64,000 nucleotides of DNA. Origin: Nitrospirales bacterium (lineage in GTDB: Bacteria > Nitrospirota > Nitrospiria > Nitrospirales > UBA8639). The stretch spans positions 928,001 through 992,000 of the forward strand of contig CBDBCZ010000016.1 in the NCBI GenBank assembly GCA_965203295.1, given 5' to 3'. Below, piece by piece: positions 1 to 12,300 of the stretch (its first letter is position 1; the number at the start of each line of letters is the position of its first letter). Under the pieces are notes generated by a model. The model did not search any database, had not been told where the DNA came from, and saw only the letters and a list, made by a program, of their open reading frames with translations. The translations under genes were made by a program, and so were the position numbers.

Positions 1-84
1 GTGTTCCTACAAAACATAACAACACTACAAATTATACACTTAACAAAATATTTCTGTTCTGCTTCCCTCAATGTGTGCCAACAG

Positions 85-299
85 CTCAGTCGTACGTTGG
101 CAAGGGCACGTATCTGAAGAGAATCCGCTACCACGGGAGAGGGATGCACGGGGTGATGCACAAGACCTACTCACACTACTTCCTGATACTCAAACAAGGC
201 CGGGCAGTGCGCAAGAAGAGAACTAAAGAAGACCGCAAGAGTTTTAAGACAAAGAAACTCATCGAGGCTGGACCCAGGAGCATCCCCAATTCATTATAG
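85..299 (+). CDS. MRPL22: Mitochondrial ribosomal protein L22, terminal exon (upstream exons lie left of the window)
   Basis: Acceptor ccaacag|85; AQSYVGKGTYLKRIRYHGRGMHGVMHKTYSHYFLILK matches the uL22 C-terminal loop; stop TAG 297-299. Confidence 0.85.
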
Positions 300-485
300 C
301 AGTATCAATATCATCATGCCATCCATTGTAAAAAAAAAAACATTTAAAATCTGGTCCGCTGGTTAATATTATTAATATACCTAGCTAGGTAAACAATAAC
401 TTAGTGAGGTCTCATGGAAGCAAACAGTAGTGTGCGTGTTTGTTGATCAAGATTAGTGCATGAATTGTGTGGCTGTTCATTTTTT

Positions 486-689
486 TTAAAGCCCGCCAGT
501 TTGCTGCTGAAAGACTTCGATAGTGTCATCATCTTCCATGTCCAACTGTAGGTGCATGACAAATAAGGCCAGTATAATAATCAACCTTCTTTTATTTGAT
601 CTAAGCTAAAAAGTAAAATTTAGCTATTTTCCAACATACGTCTGAAAGTGTTTGGTCCTCATCATGACCCTTGTGTTTCTTTGAAAGCC
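486..689 (-). pseudogene. Duplicated SUMO 3' fragment (last two exons), penultimate exon frameshifted
   Basis: 486-545 encodes [19 protein letters not shown]; 640-689 is 50 nt versus 72 nt in the intact copy (9516-9587); no upstream SUMO exons follow. Confidence 0.85.
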
Positions 690-1941
690 CTGTATATAGA
701 ATGAAATACATCGTATGATTAATAGCAAGTGGAAGCTAATAAGTTGAAATAATAATTATGGGAGGTACCGTATTATTATTTGCCCACCCCCGGGGATATA
801 ATTAGATTGATGTTAGCTTGGGCAAACTTTAGTGCAACATTTCCACATTCAAGTAATTACCCTGCTAAGTCAACGATGCAGCATCTTAATCTTGTACTGC
901 TGCTTTTCTGTATGTAATTAACTGTAGTGTAAAATGTGTTTCCCCTCATTTGAAACCCTGTACATGTATTTCTCCTCTGCATGTACATTCAGGTTCACTT
1001 CACCAAGAAGCATCAGAGCATGCCAGTCCTCAGTTTGAATCTCAAATGCATTGACTGAGACGATCCCTGGGAGTGCTGCCATCCATTATGTGCCTCTTGG
1101 AACCTACCTACCGTTCAAAATTGTAGCTGTCCCACAACGCTTTTTAATGATAAACACCTCATATCCTTCCTAGTCTCCCCTAACCAGCTGTTAAGACAGA
1201 GCTGGCCTCTCAGATTGACGAAGTATGTGTAGGCTTTACTGTTTTGGAGTGTCTGAAGCATTCTCCCCCCCCCCCCCCCCTCCCTTCCCATCCCGTCCCC
1301 TCCCCTCCCAGGTGACAGCAATAATTATATGAAGAATTAAGTGGTGTGTGAGAAGGAGGAGCTGGTTGTGAAAGTGGTATTGCTGGATGGAGAGAGGATG
1401 AAAGTCATTGATGAACTCACTATAGTGCTGAGCAAAACCATAGAGAAACTATCAAGGTGAAAACATAACCATTATCCCCTGCATTTACCTACTCACCTGT
1501 ACATGTATATTGGAAAGAAAAGCAGACAGTATAGTTAGAGTGACAAAATGTGATAATTCATAGGAAAATGAGAAGATTCAGGGAGTGGTGAAAAAGCAGA
1601 AAGCTGAGATTATAAAGTTACAAGCCAACTGTGAAAAGAGTGATTTGTAGTTTTGAGGTAGGTAGAAGAGTTACATCCTACCTCAGCATATAATCTGAAT
1701 ACTGATTGTACATGCCCTTTTTACATACATGCATACCATTATGACTCTCTTGGCTTATAAGACATGTGCATTTTAGGAGTACAGTCGCATCTCAGTGCTT
1801 ACTGACATCCTCTCTTTGAGCTGCATGGATATAGGAGTTGAGGTGATATAGAGTGTAGAGATGAAGTAATAAAATCAGTAAACTGAAAGCACTCCATTTT
1901 CCCCTTCCTTCCATTCATCTCGAATGGTAGGATGCGAATGT

Positions 1942-2408
1942 TGTTGGATGCATTTGGTGAATCAATACAATTTATAAACTAAATTCTATAAATTGCACTG
2001 CACATTCTATAAGTTAATAAACTGTGTGGCGCTAACCCTATCCCTATTTCTAACCCAGCCCCAAACCTAACCCTACCCCTAACCCTAAGCCTCACCCTTT
2101 AGCCCTAAATCACTATGTATAGCTTAGAGCATGGGCAGCTATGTTCTAAGTATAACTTAGAGCATGGGCAGCTCTATGTTCTAACTAGACCTCGGCTTCG
2201 CCTCGGCCTAGTTAGAACATAGCTGCCCATGCTCTGAGTCATTTAGTATATGCACATCTTCAGCTTCTTATGCATAACTCTATGGGATTATTACTATACT
2301 CTATGAAAATTATTCCATACACTTGTTACTATAGTAACATATACTAAGAATTCATAAAATGCACAGCACAATTTACAAACTGCATAGATTTACAAAATGC
2401 ACCCCAAC
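1942..2408. mobile_element. Degenerate TIR element with telomere-like CCCTAA repeats and a nested hairpin module
   Basis: Imperfect inverted ends tgttggatgcatttggtgaatc / gatttacaaaatgcaccccaaca; degenerate (CCCTAA)n ~2032-2108; hairpin 2156-2238. Confidence 0.5.
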
Positions 2409-2755
2409 ACAGATATAGGGAATTACATAGGATCTCATCTCCAATCTCCATGCACAGACTGTTGATGGAGATAGTATACGTAGCTGCATGGTGAAGGAAG
2501 TCATACATACATGCTCATCAAAGTATAAACAATTGTGCTTGCATTATTGTGACAACGCATGAATGGCATAATTTATTAGAAACTGACAATACCAGTGAGT
2601 AAATTAAGGCATATATACAGAGATGAAAATCGTATTGAAGTTATAAGAGCATGAATGCTTACTAGTATGTATTTCCTTACTCAAAAGAAATTTCAAGTGC
2701 AATGTTCAGTAGGCTAGTGGTATTCATCTGATACATAGTTTCCGATCGTGTAGAA

Positions 2756-4489
2756 TTAGCAGGAGGACTGAGAGTCTAAATTTGGAAAGAGCTCTTGCAC
2801 TGGAACATCATAATGGCTGCTGTCAGCCACTTTGGTTGCATACTTCCATAGCTCTAACACATCTGTGTGCATTCTGTTGGCTGCACTTTGTATCACTTTG
2901 GCATTGCTTGATATTATACTACCACTTGAGTAGTTGATTAGGCGATGGATAGTTTCTTTGCCTATTTCACGTGGGTTTATGTGGTGCCCATCAGCGAAGG
3001 TAGCTAGCTGCATGAGAAGCATGTACCACAGCACTGGTATGCATGTCAATCGGAATTCTTGACTTGGCTTTTGACTGGAATACTCTGGTTTACATTGTAG
3101 CAGTTCTAGCACTGGGGACATCTTCTGCACGATTTCTTTCCCAACTACACATGAGATGTCTGCTAAGCTCTGATGGATGTTGTCTTTGTGTTCTGCAAAT
3201 ATTTTCAGTATCAGCTCGCGATGTCTGCTGAGGTCAATGACAGAGCAGTGTGCTAAATGAAGGAGATTGGAAATCCAGTGAAGCAGAGCAGCATTTAGCC
3301 ATCTAATGTACCACGTTGATTCCCACATGAATAGGCTATCATTGACTCTTTTCAGATGTGTTTTGAAATTTTGATCTTGAAGCAGATCTGTACATGTGCT
3401 CTGAGTGTAATCGCACACACACTTGGTCAGTGCTCCATGTGGGTGAATTCTACCATCGATCATTTCACGTATTTTCTTTCGTATGGAAATGTTCCATTTC
3501 ACGTGTGGTTTATCTAATTCCTTCTCGAACGCCTGATAGTTTTGGTAGCATGGCTGCCATATTTGATCATAATTGGATGGTATTGGGTCATAGTAGCAAG
3601 GGAAGATGGCTTTGGTAAACGCTAATGTGCTCTGAAGTGTGTTTTGAATGACTTCATCAACCATTTCTGGTGTGGCAGTGGGTTGCCACCATTCTCCTGG
3701 AATGTCTAGCTCGGCTGCATACAAAGTTTCATGTTGAACATTGTATACCATTTGGTATAACTTTCCCCATTCTTCTCCTGCGTGAGTGGATGCTATGTGA
3801 GCAAGAGAATTGATCTTTGACACACACTCATTTTTTTTCATTTGGAAGACTTGAGTATAATGAGTGGTGGCGAGGGTTGATGGGATACGGGGTAACTGAG
3901 TGACAGTGGCTGTTTCTAGCTCTGTAATTAGATGACATGCCAGGTCATCTCTATCTGTTGCAAGGAGGTGCAAGTGGAGAAAACTGAGACTGGACGGGCC
4001 CAGGTAGCCACGTTTCTCAAGCTCATCGAACAGCTGGTAGCCTTCAGTTATCTTCTCAGCCTTGGCTCTGGGAATGACATTCTTTAGCAGCCAGAGGAGG
4101 GCGGCAATATTCTCAGAGCTCAGTTGGTCTGAGATGTGTAGCAGCTGTTTTCGGTAGGCAAAATCGACTGTTGGTTTGATCGGAGTAACTGTACTGCAAC
4201 TGAGAGGGCTAAACAGTGCTACAGCTGTGCTACCTGCTGTTACAAGATCTTGTCTTCCCACTGCAGAGAGGCAGTTGCAAAGAGTGTTGAGGTTATTAGG
4301 GCCTAGAAGCCTCTGTTTCTCGAGCTCATCAAACAGCTGGTACCCTTTGCTTATCTTCTCTGCCCTTGCCAGTGGTATGACTTTCTTGAGGAGCCAGAGG
4401 AGCTTCTCGATATCTTGAGCTGTCAGTTGCTGTGAGATCCGTAGCAACTGCTCTCGATAGAAAAAATCTTCATAGTAGTTGAGATCCAT
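2756..4489 (-). CDS. Intronless 577-aa protein: two tandem death effector domains plus an unrecognised C-terminal region, no caspase motif
   Basis: Two ~80-aa repeats (YREQLLRISQQLT..LFDELEKQRLL..GRQDL; YRKQLLHISDQLS..LFDELEKRGYL..DRDDL) with the DED RxDL motif; no QACxG. Confidence 0.85.
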   Translation of the reverse strand: MDLNYYEDFFYREQLLRISQQLTAQDIEKLLWLLKKVIPLARAEKISKGYQLFDELEKQRLLGPNNLNTLCNCLSAVGRQDLVTAGSTAVALFSPLSCSTVTPIKPTVDFAYRKQLLHISDQLSSENIAALLWLLKNVIPRAKAEKITEGYQLFDELEKRGYLGPSSLSFLHLHLLATDRDDLACHLITELETATVTQLPRIPSTLATTHYTQVFQMKKNECVSKINSLAHIASTHAGEEWGKLYQMVYNVQHETLYAAELDIPGEWWQPTATPEMVDEVIQNTLQSTLAFTKAIFPCYYDPIPSNYDQIWQPCYQNYQAFEKELDKPHVKWNISIRKKIREMIDGRIHPHGALTKCVCDYTQSTCTDLLQDQNFKTHLKRVNDSLFMWESTWYIRWLNAALLHWISNLLHLAHCSVIDLSRHRELILKIFAEHKDNIHQSLADISCVVGKEIVQKMSPVLELLQCKPEYSSQKPSQEFRLTCIPVLWYMLLMQLATFADGHHINPREIGKETIHRLINYSSGSIISSNAKVIQSAANRMHTDVLELWKYATKVADSSHYDVPVQELFPNLDSQSSC

Positions 4490-4712
4490 TTGCTCTCTGT
4501 CTTGAAGTTGTTTGCTTCACAACTAAAACCACTTGCATACAAAGTGCAGTACTGCAAGAGCTGCTTGCTGGTTTCACTTTAAAGTCACTGTTACAGGAAG
4601 CATGGAATTCACCACAAAAATGTTCTTGAGTCTAGAGTTTAAGTATCTGGTGGCCTCTGACAGACCACTGCACAGTTCTCGGAAATTTGCAATTTGTTAC
4701 ATGTATGTACAT

Positions 4713-4880
4713 CATAAAACATTTATAGGAATTGGTCATGAAACATATATAGGAATTGGTCATGAAACATTTATAGGAATTGGTCATGAAATATTTATAG
4801 GAATTGGTCATGAAACATTTATAGGAATTGGTCATGAAACATTGATAGGAATTGGTCATGAAACATTTATAGGAATTGGA
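4713..4880. repeat. 24-bp minisatellite, 7 copies
   Basis: Unit catgaaacatttataggaattggt, head to tail, ~220 bp upstream of the DED ATG. Confidence 0.95.
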
Positions 4881-5264
4881 CAGGAAGACATGACATTGGG
4901 TGGGATAAGGGACCAGGTGATAGTACTCTCTGCGTGCTCTTGGATCAATCGTGACATAGCAGCAGACAACCAAGTGCTCTCTCTTTGAGCTACTGCAACT
5001 GGTTAAAGCAGCTCTAATATGCATGCAGCCATATTTACCCCAAGTTTCTAGTACACCAGACCAATTAAAGCTGGATGTAGTGACTAATGAATTGTAATGT
5101 CCTTGTTTTTTAGTTAATTCTCATCTCTGAAAAATTGAGACCCTCCACGTTACTACCGCAAGCAGTGTCATGCAGAAAACACATTACATAATGTATTATA
5201 CCACGAACTGACCATGAATTCTTAAGTGGTACATACTCTATGCCTTGCATGGAAGCGCACCTTC

Positions 5265-5390
5265 TCCTCTCCCCTCCCCCACCCCTCTCCCCTTTCCCTT
5301 CCCCTTAATTCCCCTTCCCCTCCCCTCCCCTCCCCTCCCCCTCCCCTCCCCTCCCCCTCCCCCTCCCCTCCCCTCCCCTCCCCTCCCCCC
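5265..5390. repeat. (CCCCT)n polypyrimidine tract
   Basis: Direct reading. Confidence 0.9.
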
Positions 5391-5695
5391 ACCTGTAGGC
5401 AAGAGCAGTGGAGCAGTGGAAGGAGGTAACTCAGTCGAAGGAGGAACATGGCTCTCTCGGGACCGTAGTCATGTGGGCGCAGAATAAGCTCAAGTCAGAG
5501 ACTGAGGCCCACAAAGTGATTGCTTTTCCCTGAGCAACTCGTGGGAGGGAAGGCAGGGGGACTGTCCCTTAACATCTTCCAGCGTAATACATGTACATGA
5601 CTCCCCACGAAAATCAACTGCAGCTAAACTTCACTGAGCAATACTGTGTCATCTCTGGCCTGAATGCCGAGCACCAAGTAGTATATAGTATTTCC

Positions 5696-5862
<167 letters not shown>

Positions 5863-6216
5863 CATCCATCGTTGCCAGGATACAAAACATTCAATTTTGG
5901 AATTGGAACATAGCTAATCCCTTGGTACCCATTTGTGGGCATATCAAAATACTCCCAGTACAGCTTCCCACCCCTCAAAGCAGACAGATGGTATTATTGC
6001 ACTGAACTAAGTAAGCCAAAGTGTCCTATGGTGGTAACTAGATTGGCATAATCAGATGCTCCCTGCTCCTCCCTCAGGAGTCGGAGGACATGCACTCCGA
6101 CTCGCTGGGAGTGCAGCTCAGGAAGACAGAGAGGGAACTGAAGCTGCACGAGCTGACGGCGAAGGAGCTGGAGGTGGCCAAGACCACACATGATCTCTCA
6201 AGAGGAGTGCCAGTAG

Positions 6217-6582
6217 CTCAAGGGCAGGGTGAGTTGGAGGTGGCCCCGCCCATCCTCCCTCAAGGGCAGGTGAGTTGGAGGTGGTCCCGCCCATCCTCCC
6301 TCAAGGGCAGGGTGAGTTGAAGTTGGCCCCGCCCATCTTCCCTCAAGGGCAGGGTGAGTTGGAGGTGGCCCCGCCCATCTTCCCTCAAGGGCAGGGTGAG
6401 CTGGAGGTGGCCCCGCCCATCCTCCCTGCCCATCTTCCCTCAAGGGCAGGGTGAGTTGGAGGTGGTCCCGCCCATCTTCCCTACCCGCTCAAGGGCAGGG
6501 CAAGTTGGAGGTGGTCCCGCCCATCTTCCCTGCCCAGTTGCTCAAGGGCAGGGTGAGTTGGAGGTAGTCCCGCCCATCCTCC
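6217..6582. repeat. ~42-bp minisatellite, about 8 copies
   Basis: Unit ctcaagggcagggtgagttggaggtggccccgcccatcttcc. Confidence 0.9.
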
Positions 6583-7667
6583 TACGGGAGCCTTATCCCT
6601 CAGACTTTTAGGCTGGTACATTTTCACATCCTTTTTATTTGCATCACTTTGGCACACTGGGAGTGTAGCTTCATTGTTCAATACATGAAGTTGCAAAAAA
6701 GATTATTTTCCCCACGTAGGGTGCCTATGAACAACAAAAATCTTCCGATTGACAGTATATTCCTCCCTTTAACCAATGAATTGCTCCAAATTGATGATAT
6801 TATAAAGAGTAAAGCACACACCCATAGAATACAAGAGGCAACATGCATGGCAATAAAGTAATGGCATAGTTAGGAGTCCAAAGGAGTCAATCGAGCAAAG
6901 ATGGTCTAAGAAGACTTTGAGAAAAGCATCTAAGACAGATTAAAGCTTTAAATGGATCTTGTCCTGGTTGCTATTGGAGATGGGAGACTAAGATTGCCAT
7001 GTAGTGCCGGTCCTCCAGGCGATGTACGGGTGAATAGGATCTGTTTACAGGACTTTAGGAATGCAACGTCATACTCATTACGGGCAGATTTCTTGGAACC
7101 TTGATGGCATGCCAGCTGGTCTGATGTCAATTATCATTGTCATGCAGACAGGGACTTTAGTACACTAGTGGTTTGTAATAGGCACACTCAGTTTCCTGTT
7201 TTGTGGTAGAGTGCAATTGTAAACATGACGTAGCTCTTGGTGTACTAGTGGTTTGTAGCGGACGTCTCTCGTTCCCATTCCTTTCCCATACACCCCAGCT
7301 TTTATCTCACACCATATGTTTTGTGGTTTGGGGTAAAGCGCAATTGTAATAATTAAATATGAAAGGGGGGAGCCTATGCTTGTAGATCAGATGTCATCCT
7401 GAAATCCGAGACTTTTATGTACTCAGAAGGAAATTTGCTGTTGTTAGTGCTGCTTAGAACTGCAATGGCTGTTTATTTAGTTTTCAATAGCCAAAGATTG
7501 AAGACTTCATTTTGTTTCTCCCCACGTCCTCTCAGATCGGTGAGCTGAATGCTCACATTGCTGAGTAGGGTGCGGAGGTGGAGGAACTGAAAGCCGGCAG
7601 AAGACGCACCAGAAGAACTGACATTGGAGATGAGTACTTTGGAGCAATTCAACCAAGACATCGAGAG

Positions 7668-7932
<265 letters not shown>

Positions 7933-8371
7933 ATGTGTTTACTGTATGATTACATACATATGAATTGATTTAATGTCCCTCCCTCCCTCCCTCCCTCCCT
8001 CCTTCCCTCTTGCAAAAAAAATCTGTGTGGAAGGCCTGGGTTTGAGGCTATATACTGCTAGGACAGTGAATACAGTATCTGGCACCAGAGGAAGTCCACC
8101 AAGGTTGACTTTTTAATCAGGTCTTATTAAAGTAACTTAATACAGATTTGTAATGCATGTTAAGTACAGTGTTTCCCATAAACAGTGTCTAGATAGATTT
8201 AGCCATCGAACCCGACTCAATCCTCTGGAATATGAACTCGGAGGGAGGTTTAGGTATCCATTGTCATACTTAATTAAAGGTCGAATTTCGAGAACTTTAG
8301 CTACAATCGTACTTTCCCACAGACAACATTCATTACATGCATCTCTGACTCTACCTACGAAGTTTTAGCAA

Positions 8372-8489
8372 AGCTGACTTTAGTAACACGGCTGACTTTA
8401 ATAGCACGGCTGACTTTTATAACGCGGCTGACTTTATAACGCGGCTGACTTTAAAGTAACACGGCTGACTTCAGTAACACAGCTGACTT
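8372..8489. repeat. ~18-bp tandem repeat, ~6-7 copies
   Basis: Unit gctgactttagtaacacg. Confidence 0.85.
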
Positions 8490-8936
8490 GCTGTGTGTGT
8501 GGACGAGGGGAAACTGCATAAGTGTGGCTTCACGAGCCAGCTCACTGCTGCCATGGTTACCACAGGAGGGTAGAGGCAGACTGTGCTGCTGGGGCTAATA
8601 CTCGTCGATGGTGCCGCTTGTCTCTAGGTACATGTTTGAATGACTACATGATTGATCTTTGACTCCGTGTGCGCCGCAATGGTATTCATGCAACTGCCAT
8701 TCTAAACACACATGCATTGCCTGGGGGGGGGGGGGGGGTGGCAAGACTTACACACAGTGGGCAGAATGCATACAACTAGACTAATATAAGTGTGGGGCTT
8801 AGAATCTCTTAATTAGGAGATATGGTGGCACGCAGGAATAGGACATAGGTTAATTGCCCAATGAATTTGTCAATTTTTGTGCCAATTACACACTTAAAAA
8901 TATTTCTGTTCTGCCTCTCTCAATGTGTGCCAACAG

Positions 8937-9151
8937 CTCAGTCGTTCGTTGGCAAGGGGACGTATCTGAAGAGAATCCGCTACCACGGGAGAGGGATGCA
9001 CGGGGTGATGCACAAGACCTACTCACACTACTTCCTGGTACTCAAACAAGGCCGGGCAGTGCACAAGAAGAGAACTAAAGAAGACCGCAAGAGTTTCAAG
9101 TCAAAGAAACTCATTGAGGCTGGACCCAGGAGCATCCCCAATTCATTATAG
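8937..9151 (+). CDS. MRPL22: Second, still open copy of the MRPL22 terminal exon (orphan or alternative last exon)
   Basis: Acceptor caacag|8937; 4 aa differences from 85-299; homology starts only ~50 bp upstream. Confidence 0.6.
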
Positions 9152-9354
9152 CAGTAGAATCAATATCATGTCACCCATTGTATTTGCTAAAAAACGGAAA
9201 ACACAATAAATCTCATCTGCTGGTTAATATTAATAATATACCTAGCTAGGTAAACAATAACTTAATGAGGTCACATGGAAGAAAGCAAACAGTAGTGTGT
9301 GTGTGTGTGTAGCTTGAGATCAGTGCATGAATTGTGTGGCTGTTCTTTTTTTTT

Positions 9355-12300
9355 TTAAAGCCCGCCAGTTTGCTGCTGAAAGACTTCAATAGTGTCATCG
9401 TCTTCCATGTCCAACTGTAGGTACATGAAATAGGCCAGCATAATAATCAACCTTCTTTTAGTCAATTTATGCTGAAAAGTAAAAAAAAAAAAAAAAAATC
9501 TATTTGCCAACGTACGTCTGAAGGTGTTTGGTCCTCACCAACATGACCCCCATCAAAGGTAAATCTTATTGTGTTCCTTTGAAAGCCCTGTAGAGGAAAA
9601 ATACATCGTATGATTAATGGCAAGTGGAGGCTAACAAAATTATGACAGGTACCATATTCTACGTTACTATATAGGTGAATGTAAAGCATTGTGGGGTGAG
9701 CGTGAGCGAGGTGGTAGCCTATGCGTACGCTAGTGGCGACGCACCCTCAGCAGCTCTTCGAATCTGGCTCTAGCCCTCTAACTCTCCTATCTCAGTGTCA
9801 CTTGAGTCGGGGGCCTAGAGAAAATGGCATCTCTGGTTTCAATGTGACTTGTTGCAGACCTGGGGAAATACAGCAACGCTGACCTCTGCCGCTGCAGTCT
9901 AATCTGTGCGGGCACACCTACGAAGCTAGCCAGCTGCAGCCGGCCACCGTGGCCACGTAAACAATTTGGAACGTTATATTGGAACACGGAAACAATATGC
10001 GGTATGTGGACGTAGCACGCACGCACAGATAAATTCTCAATTGAACACACTAGTGTGGGGCTCACTCACTCACGCTCGCCCAATTATCTGCCCCCTTCCC
10101 CCCCTCCCCCCCCCCCGGTACAGAATTGGATTTAATGTTACTTTGGTAAACTTCATTGACACGATTCAACATTGTGAAGTACTTATGGTTTCAATAGCTT
10201 TGGCTCTCTTCACCAGACATTGTCTGACAAAGAGTGCCAAAGTGCTATCAAAATTTTGCCAAAGCCATCCTCAAGTCCGAATATCTAGTTGGTATGGTAA
10301 TTACATGTATGTTCCTCAATAAACACATCATCAACCCACCCGTTTCTTTGCTCAACAGTTAGGTGGGAGAGTATTTGTATCCACCCACTCATTATATCAT
10401 CCATATGAGCTAAACCTATACCGGTAACTAACAGCTGAAAAATCAAAGACAGTGAGCAGACTGAAGCCACAATTTCAATTCAGTGCACTTTAATTGAAAT
10501 GCCAAGGTGGGCTACATGTAGTTACCTGTTTAACTTATTTGCTGATAATGGTAATGTGCACGTTCTATAATTATCCCATACTTGCCTAATGAAGTTACAT
10601 ATACTCGCTTTGCACTATATAGCACTACATTTGAGTGGGTGGATACTAAATCACATTTACGCATTGTCCCTCTTTTAGCCAGCACATAGGTGCCAACCCA
10701 TGGGCTACACATACATGTGCTGTGTAGCCAGCAGCCTAAACAGCTTTACAGCTAATGTCATGCACACTCTATGTTAGACAATGAACCAGGCCTTCCCCAC
10801 AATTAGGGATGCATGTAACCATTTCTAGTACATGTAATATGTCGCACCTGTCTGTCACAGTACGCCTGCATAAGCTTCTTCAGCGGAGTGTTCTTCTTGA
10901 TCTTGAAGTGGACAACAGATCCATCCTGCAAGGAACAGAGACAGGAAATGCAACATACATCGAAGGTCATCCACTGACATCATTCCTGTGGCAATTAAGT
11001 CCTTGGCAGGTTCTACACAGCAAAACGTGGTATGGCGTTTAACCACGACACAGTGACACATACACATGTAGACAGAGTCGCAGGCAGTCTTTCTGCATCC
11101 CTGCTCTGTGACTAACAGCAACTATACAAGGTACATGTAAGCTACCGTATACTGTTTATACACAGTGTTCTGGCATTTAGGGACGCTCCAGTCTCTCAAC
11201 CACCCTGCTTCCCATGTCGGTGCTAATGATAATAACCCACATCACACTTTCATTCTAGAAACAGGACAGTTTTAATGTTATGAGAGCATTAACGCTCATG
11301 TGTGGGTCGGGAATGCCAATGTCACAACACATCCTTAAACAGCAGAGTCAGGGTTTCTTTTAGTTTCAAGGTGTGTGTGTGTGTGGGGGGGGGGGGGTGT
11401 TGGGGGCACTTACAAACTTTCTTCCTAAAAGAAATTCAATTCTACTGGTCTGCCTGTAAACAGCCCATTTCTATGGTGTTGCATGGCTTGCTCCAAGATC
11501 CTCATTTATCCATGCATGACTGTCCACACTGATCATGTTTGACTGCTTATTAATGTGTTCCTGTAGTTTGCACTGCAATGCGTAATAGAGTAGAGATCGA
11601 AGGTTATAAAATTCACTGGTGGCTTGCATAGCAGCTTTATCACAGAGGAAACTGAAAAACAGGGAGAAAAACATATACCGTATTTCCGCGATCAGACGCC
11701 GCCCTCGAATTATGGCCGCACCTCCGGGAGTGCTGAACGAAATAGTGGCCGCCCTCGAATAGTAGCCGCGTAAGCAAGAAGATGTAGCAACTACAGTAAA
11801 AGTAGAGTAATACTTGAATTTGCTAGCTAACAGTTATCGGACCTCACCTTTGTCTTCTTCGAGATTGCGAATTTAAGGGATCAGAGCCCGACGGAGCTCG
11901 AGGCTGCCCGCGAATCTATTTTTTCGATACCTCTCCCCTCAAAAAAAACAGCTGGCATTGTAGCATAACGGCTTTTCGATAGTGTTGAGGCACGAACAGC
12001 GATTTTCAAACGGATTTAAACTGCTGTTGTACATCGCTGTGTAACCAGTAAACCGCTCAATCTAATAAACGCCGCCCTCGATTAGTGGCCGCCCTCGAAT
12101 AGTGGCCGCGGAAAATCGCGCGATGAAATAAATAGTAGCCGCGGCATCTGATCGCGGAAATACGGTACGCGGCTTGCAAAATTCAACGAAGATTAGCTTG
12201 CAAAATGTCTAGTTTGACTACGAAAACTCTCATCAAATGCCATCTTCAGTGGCAATAGCTATGACTGCTTTTATCTGTCTCCAAAAAGAACATATGTGCC

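Noticed and set aside
2032..2108. Chromosome fusion or true telomere remnant
   Set aside because: Short, degenerate, single orientation and enclosed by imperfect TIRs, so more likely TE-internal
4713..4880. CRISPR-like array of 24-bp repeats
   Set aside because: Units are contiguous with no unique spacers; eukaryotic context with no cas genes
6078..6173. Prefoldin-1-like exon
   Set aside because: Only generic coiled-coil resemblance; neighbouring segments do not build a prefoldin, so left unnamed
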